DNA from: an uncultured Pseudomonadota bacterium | GTDB taxonomy: Bacteria > Vulcanimicrobiota > Vulcanimicrobiia > Eremiobacterales > Eremiobacteraceae | Length of the DNA: 64,000 bases | Assembly (NCBI GenBank): GCA_963736005.1 | Contig: CAVTNB010000001.1 | Span: 1,600,001-1,664,000 of the forward strand | Direction of reading: 5' to 3' | In this document: piece by piece, positions 7,985 through 17,819 of the stretch | Layout of the letters: each line of letters begins with the position of its first letter | How positions within the stretch are numbered: position 1 is the stretch's first letter | Translations under genes and position numbers: made by a program | Notes under the pieces: generated by a model | Told to the model about the DNA's origin: nothing | What the model saw: only the letters and a program-made list of their open reading frames with translations | The model's database searches: none

Positions 7985-9814
7985 TTACTGAGACTTGGTC
8001 AGCCGCGCGACTTCGGTCGACAAGTCGGCGACGGTTGGTGCGGTGAAGAGCTGCCGAAGCGTCAATTTCACACCGAAAACATCCCGAATACGCGCCACGA
8101 GCTGTACGCCCAGCATCGAATGACCGCCCACCATGAAGAAGTTGTCGCCAGCTTCGATGCCTGGCCGCCCCAAGAGAGACGCGACCAATGCGGAGATCTG
8201 CTGCTGCAAACCGTTGTGCTCGCTGGGGGCTTCGTTCGAAACCACGCGGTCTGGCAAGAGATTGTCGGCGCAGGGTGGGGGAAGGGCTGACGTATCAAGC
8301 TTTCCGTTCGCTGTCAGCGGCAACTCGAGAATTGATACAAAGAACGCAGGGACCATGTAATCGGGTAGGCGGGCTGCGAGAAATTCGCGGAGCTCCTGGG
8401 CCGTCAGGCGTGCATCGCAGGCGGGAACGACATAGGCGATCAAAGTGGGTCCGGCATCGCCGATATCCTGCACTGATACGGCGCTGGCCTCGATTCCAGC
8501 AAAGCGGTTAAGGGAAGTAACGATCTCACAAAGCTCGATGCGATATCCGCGGATCTTCACCTGATCGTCGAGGCGACCAAGAAATGCGATGTCCCCATTT
8601 TCCAAAAGGCGGGCGCGGTCACCCGTGCGATAGATGCGCGCAAGCTCTCCGGATGCAGACAAGTACGTGACAAATCGGTTTGCGGTGAGCTCCGGAAGGT
8701 TGCGATATCCGCGACCAACCAGCGCACCGCCAATGCACAGTTCTCCCTCTTCGCCGGGTGCTACCGCTCGGAGCGCATCGTCGAGGATCAGTGCTGTCGC
8801 ATTCGCAATTGGCCGGCCAATGGATGGCTGACCGCCGGCGTCTCCATCCGGCGACACGATGCCCGATGTCGCCACCACCGTGCACTCGGTCGGGCCGTAG
8901 TTGTTGACCACAAGAAATGGTAACTCGGCCGCGGGCCGGTGGTGAAGCGTATCGCCCCCGGTCAGCAGCGTGCGAAGAGCCGTCTCCGCGGGCCAGCTTG
9001 CCCGAAGCAGTTGCTCGGCGATGGCGGTCGGGGCGAAACCAATGGTTATCTTTTGCGCGACGATCCAGTCACGAAGCGCCTGCGGCGAACGGCGAGTCAA
9101 TTCATCAGCAATATGCAGGCTCGCGCCCGCCGTAAGGTACGGCCAAATTTCCCAAACCGCCGCGTCAAATCCAAGACCGGCAACCTGGCTGGCGCGGTCA
9201 GTTGCCGTCACCTTAAATGCCAACTGATGCCAGTCAATGAGATTGCTCAGACTCGCGTGGGTTATCTCGACCCCTTTGGGATGCCCCGTCGAACCCGACG
9301 TATAGATAACATAGGCCAGACTTTTCGGATCGGTTTGGAATTTTGTGAACGCGATCGAACCGGGCTTGTCCGGGATGTCAACTTCTATCACGCGCCATGG
9401 GCCTGCCGGCAAACTCTGTACCTTGTGCGAATCGGTAAGCAGCACGAGAGCCCCAGCGTCGGCGAGAATAGCGCCAACTCGATCCGCGGGGTTGGACGAG
9501 TCCAACGGTACGTACGCAGCGCCGCTTTTCATCACCGCCAACGCGGTGACGATAAACTGGGCCGAGCGTTCCAGAAACAGTCCGATGCAGTGCTCCTGGC
9601 CCGCGCCAGCTTGTTGCAGTCGCGCCGCCAACAGGTCGGACTGACGCTCGATCTCCCCGTACGTCAGCTGAGCCTGTCCATCCACTATGGCAATGTGGTT
9701 TGGCGCGATCGTGGCGCGGCGAGCGATCCGAGCGGGAATTGAATCGGCGAGATGAGAGATTGGGGAATTTTCTCTTCCCGGCTCGATGTCGCTTTGCAGA
9801 ACGAATGACGCCAT
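7985..9814 (-). CDS. Stand-alone NRPS adenylation-thiolation (A-T) didomain protein
   Basis: A-domain cores YTSGSTGHPKG, FDAAVWE, NNYGPTE, YRTGD, GRLDDQVKIRGYRIE, LPDYMVP, NGKLD; PCP motif FFMVGGHSML; no C or TE domain. Confidence 0.97.
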   Translation of the reverse strand: MASFVLQSDIEPGRENSPISHLADSIPARIARRATIAPNHIAIVDGQAQLTYGEIERQSDLLAARLQQAGAGQEHCIGLFLERSAQFIVTALAVMKSGAAYVPLDSSNPADRVGAILADAGALVLLTDSHKVQSLPAGPWRVIEVDIPDKPGSIAFTKFQTDPKSLAYVIYTSGSTGHPKGVEITHASLSNLIDWHQLAFKVTATDRASQVAGLGFDAAVWEIWPYLTAGASLHIADELTRRSPQALRDWIVAQKITIGFAPTAIAEQLLRASWPAETALRTLLTGGDTLHHRPAAELPFLVVNNYGPTECTVVATSGIVSPDGDAGGQPSIGRPIANATALILDDALRAVAPGEEGELCIGGALVGRGYRNLPELTANRFVTYLSASGELARIYRTGDRARLLENGDIAFLGRLDDQVKIRGYRIELCEIVTSLNRFAGIEASAVSVQDIGDAGPTLIAYVVPACDARLTAQELREFLAARLPDYMVPAFFVSILELPLTANGKLDTSALPPPCADNLLPDRVVSNEAPSEHNGLQQQISALVASLLGRPGIEAGDNFFMVGGHSMLGVQLVARIRDVFGVKLTLRQLFTAPTVADLSTEVARLTKSQ

Positions 9815-9926
9815 GGATGTTACCCTCGGCCTCTAGAAAAACAAAAATAATTCTCACCGCGGCGGAATGAGGTCATGCGAACTTCTGCCAATTCACGACA
9901 CGACTCCGACACCGTATGCAACGAGC

Positions 9927-11114
9927 TTACCGAGACCATGTGCAAGGGTCCATCCCAAACGCTAGGGATTTAGAGTCGCTCGCATTTCCTGCGGTAAATT
10001 GCGCATAGATTCTCTCTGTCTCGGAAGCAACATGGTCCCATGAATACTCAATTGCAGTCGCTAAGCCCCCGCGTCGTAAAGCGTTCCAGCGAGGTGGATC
10101 GCCCATCAGCCTTGTTATCTCTTCTTCCAAAGCTCGGGTGTCTCCGACCGGCACGAGGATGCCATTGCGCCCGCTTTCGATATAGGACATTGGACCAGGC
10201 GTAGCCGCCACCACCGGTACCACCCCACATGCCATCGCCTCGAGCGGCGCGATTGCAAAGCCTTCAAACAATGACGGAAAGGCTAAGATGTGGTAGCCCG
10301 CGAGAAGACTTGGTAGCCGGTCGTTTTCATACGCCGGCACCACGTGGATGCGGTTTCGGATCTCGCTCGGATATTCGGCGAGCACGCTTTCCCGATCCAC
10401 CATCGTTCCGAATAATCCCAACGTCGAATGGGGATTCTTGCTCAACACGGAGCGCATCGCTACGCGTAGATAGGTCGCCCCCTTTAAGTCGCTATAACGC
10501 CCAATGAAGGCAACGTTCTTTGGCGAGCCAATGGGAAGTTTTTGATTCAGTAGCGACTTCGCACTCTGGACAAAGCAATCCCCAATACCGTTTCTTACGC
10601 GAACGGCACGGCTGGGATCAACACCAAGGCGCTCAACTGCATATTGGAGCTCGACACCGTTAAGAAATAGCGCTGCGTTCGCAAGTGAAAGCGACGTCCG
10701 GCATTCCCATAATCGAAATCCGCCCTTGTAGATGGGATACGTCCAAGAAAGCTTCAGAGCCCCGGATCTGCTTGCCTCTACGCGGGCTTCGTGGAGGAGG
10801 TGCTCGAGACCATGGCTGCGCGCGATGACAACCTGCGGCGACGTGCGCGGCAACACTTTCCGAAGGACGCTCAAAACCCAACCATCGCGCGACGATAAGT
10901 CTAAAACATCATAGGGCGGATGTGTGGCAATAAACGACGCAACAAACCACGGGTACAAGTAGGGTTTGAACCGGTCTGGAGCGGACACTCGCTCAAACGA
11001 CAGTATGTCGACCGTGTGACCGCGGCGGCGGAGTGCGTCCGCCAGCTGGCAAGTAACACCCCCCGTGCCGGTTTTTGGATCCAGATCTTGATGAATGGAC
11101 ATCAATACGCGCAT
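9927..11114 (-). CDS. Glycosyltransferase family 4
   Basis: FIGRYSDLKG and FPSLFEGFAIAPLEAMACG (EX7E) motifs. Confidence 0.92.
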   Translation of the reverse strand: MRVLMSIHQDLDPKTGTGGVTCQLADALRRRGHTVDILSFERVSAPDRFKPYLYPWFVASFIATHPPYDVLDLSSRDGWVLSVLRKVLPRTSPQVVIARSHGLEHLLHEARVEASRSGALKLSWTYPIYKGGFRLWECRTSLSLANAALFLNGVELQYAVERLGVDPSRAVRVRNGIGDCFVQSAKSLLNQKLPIGSPKNVAFIGRYSDLKGATYLRVAMRSVLSKNPHSTLGLFGTMVDRESVLAEYPSEIRNRIHVVPAYENDRLPSLLAGYHILAFPSLFEGFAIAPLEAMACGVVPVVAATPGPMSYIESGRNGILVPVGDTRALEEEITRLMGDPPRWNALRRGGLATAIEYSWDHVASETERIYAQFTAGNASDSKSLAFGMDPCTWSR

Positions 11115-11123
11115 GGTCTTGGA

Positions 11124-12653
11124 CTACCCAGCCCGTCCGGATCGCAGGAACTGCTCTTTCATCCACTTGGAAAACCGAGGGAGATCAAAGAATTGCTTCT
11201 TTCCGTCGAAGAAAATTCTGCTCCCATCAATGGAGAGCGTGTGCAAACCATGCGGGAAGGGGCCACGCCGATCCGGCCTGAGCACAGCAACGGTTTCTTC
11301 TTCGTAATAACCCGGTGTGCAGACACGGACAAGGTTCAGCGCTAACGCTGCGCCGTATGTAGTGGAGCAATCTTGCGCCGGCCGATACAGCTTCCCGCCC
11401 GATACAAACGGCGTGCCTCCTGACCGCGAGGATCGTATGTCGATCTTGACGGGATTGAGGGGATGAGGGACCCACGGTCCCTCGAGTTGCGCCGAATATA
11501 GTAGGCAAAGGTTGTCATCGGTTCCGACGGCAAGATCCGTGTACGCAATCCAATAGAACCCATCATGCTTGAACAGCGTGGGATCGGCGATCCGCGTGCC
11601 TCTGTCTATGACGCACATGGCGCGCGCTTCGGTTCCGGAAAGGAGTTCAAAAAGGATCAGTTCTCTGAATGCGGCCATTTCTGGCAGCAAAAACGTGCGT
11701 TCATGCTCCCGGTAAATAAATGGGTATGACAAATGCGCAACCCCAACGTTCAAATCTACCGCTTGCTCGTTGGAGACTTTCCCCCGGTCGAACGCCACCG
11801 TGCGCAGCGTGCCCAGGCGCGTACGGTAGTCATATCGCTCGCAGAGAAACACGTTCGATTGGCCAGGCAAGGGAAAGGGGTCGGCAAGATATGCGTCGCG
11901 CGATGGCGACACAATCCATGAATCTGCGCGCAGAATTTGAGAACGAGTCAATGAATCAATGGGAGTATTGAGCACGCCGATCGCCCAGCGCTCGTTGCAG
12001 GCCGCGTGCCGCACGGTCATGATGGCCTTCGCAAAGCGCGCTCTGAGCAGTCCGACTGCCACGTGCGTTCTCGTACGGGTCGGAATTCTCGGAGTAATGT
12101 TCCAACGTTTTACCGTCGCATATCCGTTCTCGCGAAGAGCGGATGCCATGAGATGCGCCGCAACGTGACCGACTCGATTCAGCAGGTCCTTGTACCGCCG
12201 GCAACTTGAAATATGCGCTTCCCCAATGACCGTCCAACCGCGGCCGTCGGCTGCACGTTCAACTAAGAAAATGGATGCGACAAACGGAGCGCGGTGGCAT
12301 CGCTCTAAGAAGCAAAACGGATTGAGTATTGGCTCGCCGCTGTTATCCACCACTCGCCAAAAACGTCCGGCGGAAACTCCGACGAGGTCACAGCCGAAGA
12401 AATCGATAGCAATATCCGCTGCGTCCTGATTCCAAGTCGAGGCACGTGCGGATCGCTTGGCTTCCCACCACTGGAGTCTGCTGCCCAATACCGTGGCCAT
12501 CCACTGCTTAGGCGCTGACAAAGCTCGACCGTGACCGGATACTGTGGCTAGCGCCGAAACAGACGAACCAAGGAGAACGCCAAATGGGGAGGTCGGCTCT
12601 ACGCCTTGGAAACAAATCCGCGGCGCCAGTTTAGGGCTTCGGAGAGCATTCAT
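11124..12653 (-). CDS. Five-bladed beta-propeller (GH32/43-like, GINT1 N-terminal-like) protein with degenerate formyltransferase-like N-region
   Basis: Start at ATG 12653 (MNALRSPK), just after the wzx stop; YLADPF, HLSYPF, IADPTLF, GPWVPHPLNPV, LYRPAQDCSTTYG. Confidence 0.65.
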   Translation of the reverse strand: MNALRSPKLAPRICFQGVEPTSPFGVLLGSSVSALATVSGHGRALSAPKQWMATVLGSRLQWWEAKRSARASTWNQDAADIAIDFFGCDLVGVSAGRFWRVVDNSGEPILNPFCFLERCHRAPFVASIFLVERAADGRGWTVIGEAHISSCRRYKDLLNRVGHVAAHLMASALRENGYATVKRWNITPRIPTRTRTHVAVGLLRARFAKAIMTVRHAACNERWAIGVLNTPIDSLTRSQILRADSWIVSPSRDAYLADPFPLPGQSNVFLCERYDYRTRLGTLRTVAFDRGKVSNEQAVDLNVGVAHLSYPFIYREHERTFLLPEMAAFRELILFELLSGTEARAMCVIDRGTRIADPTLFKHDGFYWIAYTDLAVGTDDNLCLLYSAQLEGPWVPHPLNPVKIDIRSSRSGGTPFVSGGKLYRPAQDCSTTYGAALALNLVRVCTPGYYEEETVAVLRPDRRGPFPHGLHTLSIDGSRIFFDGKKQFFDLPRFSKWMKEQFLRSGRAG

Positions 12654-12655
12654 AG

Positions 12656-13972
12656 CTAGCGGCTCTTCATCCAAGCGAGATCCGAGAGCGAGATGATGAG
12701 CCGGGGCACACGGACTCCAAGCGTCAGCGGCATCGCCAGTAAAACGCAACCCAAGCGTACCAGCGCAGCAATCAGCAACGAGAGGGCGGCGCCAACTGTT
12801 CCGTAAGCGGGAACGAGCAGCAACATCGAGCCTAGTGAAACTCCAAATCCAAGGGTTTGGATAAGGGTTACCATACCTGGCCGTCCGCTCCCGACGTACA
12901 GCTGGTAGAGCAGTTGGACGACATTGGAACAAACACCAGCGATCAGCAAGATACTCAGCGGGCCGCTTGCACCGGCGAACTTCGCGCCATAAAGAAGCGA
13001 AAGCAGATGCGGCCCGAGCAGACCAATGCAAAGAGCCGCCGCCGCATTGATTGTACCAAGGACCCTCACGGCTGCGGCGACGGTCTCGGTGATGGCCTGC
13101 GTTGGACGGGCCGCAAGTGACGGAAAGAGCACCGTCGTCGCCGACGCTGGCAGCACATTGAGTAGTCGCGATAGGCTCAGCCCGACAACATACACTCCCA
13201 ACGCAGCAGGCGGCATCATCGCCGCAATGACAATTTGATCGAGATATGGTGAAAGCGTTGCCAGTACATCGTCCCCGTAGATGCGTATACCGTAGTGGAG
13301 CAGCCGGATGAATTGCTGCGCCTGAAGGTTCACCCATGCGGTGGTTCGATACCCAACAAGGAGAGCAAGATACGCAAAGACGAGCACGGAGGGGCCAAGG
13401 TAGGCAGCAGCTGCAGTCGCAGGAGTAAGGTGCTTCAGCGCGATCAAGAGGCCTAGCACGACCAAGGTGCAGACGCTCTGCAGATATGCAGATTGATTTG
13501 CCGCCACGAAACGCGCCCGCGCTTCAAGAACCGCTGTGAACGTTGAGGATGCGCTGATCAGCGGTGTGACGACAAGGAAAGCCCGTCCAAGCTCGATGAT
13601 GTTGCTGCTATACTTTGTCAACCACAGAGGCTCAAGGAACCACCCGGCGACCATGGCGACCAAGCCGGCAAAGAATGTTAGCTGAAGATTTATCGAGATG
13701 TAATCCCGCTCGTGCTCGGGGTCTGCTTTGACATTGAAGATGAGGGAACCGTGAAGCCCAAGCGTCGCCAGTCCCGCGAGGATTTGGGGCGCCACGATGA
13801 GTGCCGCTAGCTCTCCGCGCCCTTGCGGTCCGAGCAATGCCGCCGTCAGGAGGCCGGTACAGATATTGACAGCGATCGACACCGAACGCAGCATCGTCAC
13901 CTGCGCGATCGCCATGCGCCGGCTGCCGGTTGGCAAGAGACGAAAGATTGGTAGCAGAGCGTTGATTCGCAC
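12656..13972 (-). CDS. wzx: Oligosaccharide flippase (Wzx/MOP family)
   Basis: About 12 TM helices; TAALLGPQGRG, LGVYVVG..LS, LVPAYGTVGAA motifs; polysaccharide cluster context. Confidence 0.8.
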   Translation of the reverse strand: MRINALLPIFRLLPTGSRRMAIAQVTMLRSVSIAVNICTGLLTAALLGPQGRGELAALIVAPQILAGLATLGLHGSLIFNVKADPEHERDYISINLQLTFFAGLVAMVAGWFLEPLWLTKYSSNIIELGRAFLVVTPLISASSTFTAVLEARARFVAANQSAYLQSVCTLVVLGLLIALKHLTPATAAAAYLGPSVLVFAYLALLVGYRTTAWVNLQAQQFIRLLHYGIRIYGDDVLATLSPYLDQIVIAAMMPPAALGVYVVGLSLSRLLNVLPASATTVLFPSLAARPTQAITETVAAAVRVLGTINAAAALCIGLLGPHLLSLLYGAKFAGASGPLSILLIAGVCSNVVQLLYQLYVGSGRPGMVTLIQTLGFGVSLGSMLLLVPAYGTVGAALSLLIAALVRLGCVLLAMPLTLGVRVPRLIISLSDLAWMKSR

Positions 13973-13975
13973 GAG

Positions 13976-14320
13976 TTAGTCGGTGTGTCGATATGCCCGT
14001 TCTATGTACAGGGCAATAGTCGGGCGGGACTTATGCTTGATTGAGAAGATTCGAACAGCGAGCGGAAGATCGATGACGAAGTCTGCTTCTCCAGCTGCAA
14101 AGATGGCCTGTGACTGGGCGATGATACTCTCCACCACACTGCTTAGACCGAAAGGTAAACTGCGGCAACTTTGACTGCCATTCGATTCACGCTCGCTGGC
14201 AAAGACTCTACCATCGCCGTCCAGCAAGAACAGCATACCGCCTCGGCGCGAGGAAACCAGGCCGCGAGATGACCAGTGAGACATGCATTGTATCGTACAC
14301 GTGGAGCGCCCAATATGCAT
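13976..14320 (-). CDS. Small protein resembling the N-terminal (sensor) domain of the LuxR regulator at 24653-25237, without HTH
   Basis: Fills the gap between GT2 and wzx in operon orientation; by-eye similarity (LFLLDGDGRV / LP..L..VVESII / LAVRIFSI / ALYIE). Confidence 0.55.
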   Translation of the reverse strand: MHIGRSTCTIQCMSHWSSRGLVSSRRGGMLFLLDGDGRVFASERESNGSQSCRSLPFGLSSVVESIIAQSQAIFAAGEADFVIDLPLAVRIFSIKHKSRPTIALYIERAYRHTD

Positions 14321-14329
14321 CCCAATGTA

Positions 14330-15313
14330 TTAGGGTTTTTGCACTTGGCTGGGAGTCATCCGAGCTTCGAATGACGCGGGTTTAACGATCGCTTTACTCA
14401 CAGCTGGGGTAAGCACCGTTCTTACGCCCAAGTATCGGCCGATAATAACAGGTTTCAATGCCGCCCATGCTGACTGACTCATTGCCGCTAGTCTCACGCA
14501 CTGAGCGGCACCCGGCAGACCTCTGTGGCCGATAAGGACAGACCAAACGAGGAAAAGGGCCCATCGCCACCGCGGCAGATATTCTAAAATACCGACCGTT
14601 TCGTTATGCGCTTCGTTCTTCACGGCTTCAAGTGACCTGTCCAGGCGCGCGTCGTCGTCGAAGCGCTCTGCGCTGAAGTGGTCCACAGCAACGGCGGGAT
14701 CGTACAGTATTCGCCAACCGATCCGCCGGAGTCGAAGAGAAAAACACATTTCATTGTGCACTTGCGCACCAAAGCCAAGCAGCCGGCTGTCGAACCGAAG
14801 AGATCCTATAGCGCTCACCCGATAACTCATGTTGACCCCTTTTAGCACATCGACGTAACGGGCCGGTCCAACGCCGCGATGGTGATTGCCGATGCGCCGC
14901 CCGAACCACTGGATTTTGCCAACAACCGAACTATCGCGATAGACGTGGCCATTTTGAAGATAGTCGCGTCCACCAACGCCCGCGACGTTTGGGGCGGCCA
15001 CGAAATGCTGCTCGATGCGCTGCAGCCAATCGGGATGTGGTGCCGCATCGTCATCAGTTATGGCGACGACCTCACCGTCCACGCGACCGAGTCCTACGTT
15101 TAGTGCGGCAACCTGCCCTTGCACGGTGACTGTCACAACCTCCAAGGGTAACCGAAAAGAAAAATGTGTGAAGAGTTCTTGCGTTTCCACGTCGGACTCT
15201 CGCACAACGACGAGCACTTGGTCTGCGCCACGCGTTTGCCGTTCCAATGCGTGAAGACATCTTGCCAAGTATGCAGGCCGCCGATATGTCGGTACCAGCA
15301 CCGTGAGTTTCAC
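14330..15313 (-). CDS. Glycosyltransferase family 2
   Basis: GTG 15313 overlaps the upstream stop; VLVPTYRR, ITDDD (DxD), KGVNMSYR. Confidence 0.92.
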   Translation of the reverse strand: MKLTVLVPTYRRPAYLARCLHALERQTRGADQVLVVVRESDVETQELFTHFSFRLPLEVVTVTVQGQVAALNVGLGRVDGEVVAITDDDAAPHPDWLQRIEQHFVAAPNVAGVGGRDYLQNGHVYRDSSVVGKIQWFGRRIGNHHRGVGPARYVDVLKGVNMSYRVSAIGSLRFDSRLLGFGAQVHNEMCFSLRLRRIGWRILYDPAVAVDHFSAERFDDDARLDRSLEAVKNEAHNETVGILEYLPRWRWALFLVWSVLIGHRGLPGAAQCVRLAAMSQSAWAALKPVIIGRYLGVRTVLTPAVSKAIVKPASFEARMTPSQVQKP

Positions 15314-16488
15314 AAGATTTCTCCATACACAGACTTCACTTGCCTCGCAATGATCGGCCAGCTGAAATGCTCGCGGGCGTAGGCTACGCACGCATCAGCC
15401 GAAGGCAGCGATAAGGTACCCGATAGGGCTGCGCGCAAGCCCCGAGCGATAGCTGCTGAGCTAGCGTCTTCGAAAATGAGATCCCGGGAGAGTCCGGAGA
15501 CGACTTCTGGAAGGCCGCCGATCGGTGTGACAAGCGCAGGCGTGCCGCATGCAAGCGACTCAGCAACGACTAAGCCGAACCCTTCAAGCGCCATGCTTGG
15601 AACGACCGAAATATCGGCAGCGCGATAGTACAGCGGAAGCTCTGCTTCGGGCACCCTGCCGGTAAAAATGATGGAATCAGCGAGCTCGCACTCCTGTGCT
15701 TGTTGTTTGAGCGCATCAGCGAGGTGCCCGCTACCGACGATGACCAAAACAGCTCCGGCATTGGCTTTCCTGAGGTGAGAGAAACTCGCAATGAGGTTCT
15801 CCAGACCCATGCGTTTCGCAAGTCGCCTTACAGCCACGATGACCGGCCGATCCAGCGGCAAACCAAGGCGAATGCGCGCGTCGGGCCGCGAGGGCGACGG
15901 ATTGAACGTCTCCACATCCACGCCGCCCGGAATCACCCGGATCTTTTCGAGCGGAACGCCATACGCTTGATGCAGAATATCTCTGAATGCACGCGTGAGC
16001 ACGATGGCCCTTTCGGCGCGCGCGTACACCAATTTTTCAATGACGAATTGACTCGACGTAACGAGCGGGGAGCCACCCTCGAGCCGAGATTCCGCGGCCC
16101 ACGGCCCTTGGAAATGAACGATCATGGGGAGATGGTTGAGCAGATTGAGACAGGCAAAAGTAAAAAGCGGGAAATGCGAGGCTACAATATCTACCCGATT
16201 TCTTGCGAGGATTTCGCCGACCGCCGAACGCGCCGCGCATAGACGCTCCTTGAGCGACGCATTGTTTGCGCAGATGATGCGGATCCCGTCGCAGCGTGGT
16301 TCCGTTATGACGCTTCGGCCGGTCACAATGCCGTGAACGGTCATGCGCTCCAACTTGAAATAATCGACGAGCGTCGAAAAGAAACGGCTGGAGCCTCCTC
16401 CGATACCATCGGGGAACCACTCTAACCCAATTTGAAGAGTTGACATAGTCGCGGCTTCGTCAATCGTCGCCGCGGAGAGTGTCTGCAT
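15310..16488 (-). CDS. Glycosyltransferase family 4 (start uncertain, 16488 or 16446)
   Basis: IPGGVD, VRRLAKRMG, VPSMALEGFGLVVAESLACG. Confidence 0.92.
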   Translation of the reverse strand: MQTLSAATIDEAATMSTLQIGLEWFPDGIGGGSSRFFSTLVDYFKLERMTVHGIVTGRSVITEPRCDGIRIICANNASLKERLCAARSAVGEILARNRVDIVASHFPLFTFACLNLLNHLPMIVHFQGPWAAESRLEGGSPLVTSSQFVIEKLVYARAERAIVLTRAFRDILHQAYGVPLEKIRVIPGGVDVETFNPSPSRPDARIRLGLPLDRPVIVAVRRLAKRMGLENLIASFSHLRKANAGAVLVIVGSGHLADALKQQAQECELADSIIFTGRVPEAELPLYYRAADISVVPSMALEGFGLVVAESLACGTPALVTPIGGLPEVVSGLSRDLIFEDASSAAIARGLRAALSGTLSLPSADACVAYAREHFSWPIIARQVKSVYGEIL

Positions 16489-16598
16489 GCGCGTTTTATT
16501 GTAGCGCGATTGCGCCAAGCTCCCATCCCTAACGCTAGGGACCGAGAGCATAACAACGCTAACACCGTTGTGCTCTTACCGATAAATCCCGGCGGGTA

Positions 16599-16620
16599 GG
16601 GATGATTACAAAATCATCCC
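16599..16620. promoter_or_regulatory. Perfect 22-bp palindrome, candidate operator in the divergent promoter of the polysaccharide cluster
   Basis: GGGATGATT-ACAA-AATCATCCC between two divergently transcribed arms. Confidence 0.55.
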
Positions 16621-16663
16621 GATGGTAGTATGTAGTCGCCAATCACGCACGGACGGTTGTAAA

Positions 16664-17812
16664 ATGCGACTTCTCGCGGAGATTCGAACACTGGTGGTTC
16701 GTAGATTATTTGTTGTGAGCATGCCAGCGCTCATCGTTGCCCTATGCTTGTGTGCGTTGCCCGCATTGGCGCAGCTTCATCCCGGCGATACTGTCGCGAT
16801 CACCGTCTACAACCATCCCGACTTATCCGCGCAGGTCGCCGTGGACGGCTCAGGATATATTTCGTTGCCTCTTGCAGGCACTATCGATGCGCGCAACGCC
16901 GAACCCGAGGAACTCGCGCGGCGAGTTCGCGTGGCTCTGTCGCGCTATATCCCCAAGGTCGCGGTGGGTGTACAGATAGTCTCTCGCAATCAAGCCGTTT
17001 TCGTCTCAGGGGGCCCGGGGGGCGTGCTGCCATACACGCCGGGGGAAACACTGGCTGCCGCGCTCGCGCAATTACAATCACCGCAGGGATCAACTCCGAA
17101 CACGACTTCCACCACGCCGGCAAATCTAGCGACTCACGATCTCTCGCATGGCCGCGTCGATTTGCACCGGGTGACTATCCTGCGCGACGACCACGTCCTG
17201 GGGCCTATCGATATTCAGGTGCTTGAGGCGAACGGTGGCTCAGGTCCCGCACTCTTAGCCGGAGACACGATCCGGCTCGTAGACAAAACCATCCGGGTAG
17301 ACGTTCGCGGCGAGGTGCGCGAACCCGGGGTTGCCTATTTGGATGCCGATGAGCCGCTCACCGATGCGGTGCTTCAAGTCGGTGGCTATCTGCCCACGTC
17401 CGCATCGTCAAACTTTACGCTGCAGCGGGGAGATCGACAACAATACGTGACCGCAGGCGGACCCGAGCTTTCGGAACCGGCGCAGAATGGCGACGTTCTC
17501 ACAATCCCACGAGCGCCACGCATTGGTGTCCTGGGCGCGGTGCTGCACCCTGGGGACGTTGTCCTCACTGGGGATACTTCGCTCCTTAGTGCTCTGTACG
17601 ACGCGGGCGGACCGGTGAAGTACGCAAACATTTCTCGGATACTGGTTTTCCATGCGGGGGCGCAGAGCTCGTACGATATTACGGCGCTGACCCACGGGTC
17701 GGTGCAGAATAATCCGAGTTTAGAAGACGGAGATACGGTGTTCGTTCCCGAGGGGCACAAAATTGATTTCGGCATGGTTTGGCAAGCCCTCGCTGCCATG
17801 ATCCGCCTCTAA
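16664..17812 (+). CDS. wza: Polysaccharide export protein (Wza/OPX, SLBB repeats); start may be 16721
   Basis: LHPGDTVAITVYNHPDLS...VDGSGYISLPLAG Poly_export signature; repeated V.V.GEV..PG SLBB units. Confidence 0.88.
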   Translation: MRLLAEIRTLVVRRLFVVSMPALIVALCLCALPALAQLHPGDTVAITVYNHPDLSAQVAVDGSGYISLPLAGTIDARNAEPEELARRVRVALSRYIPKVAVGVQIVSRNQAVFVSGGPGGVLPYTPGETLAAALAQLQSPQGSTPNTTSTTPANLATHDLSHGRVDLHRVTILRDDHVLGPIDIQVLEANGGSGPALLAGDTIRLVDKTIRVDVRGEVREPGVAYLDADEPLTDAVLQVGGYLPTSASSNFTLQRGDRQQYVTAGGPELSEPAQNGDVLTIPRAPRIGVLGAVLHPGDVVLTGDTSLLSALYDAGGPVKYANISRILVFHAGAQSSYDITALTHGSVQNNPSLEDGDTVFVPEGHKIDFGMVWQALAAMIRL

Positions 17813-17819
17813 TACCGCA

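Noticed and set aside
12654..13337. N-terminal 228 aa of the 737-aa ORF
   Set aside because: Out-of-frame overlap with wzx; real start most likely 12653.
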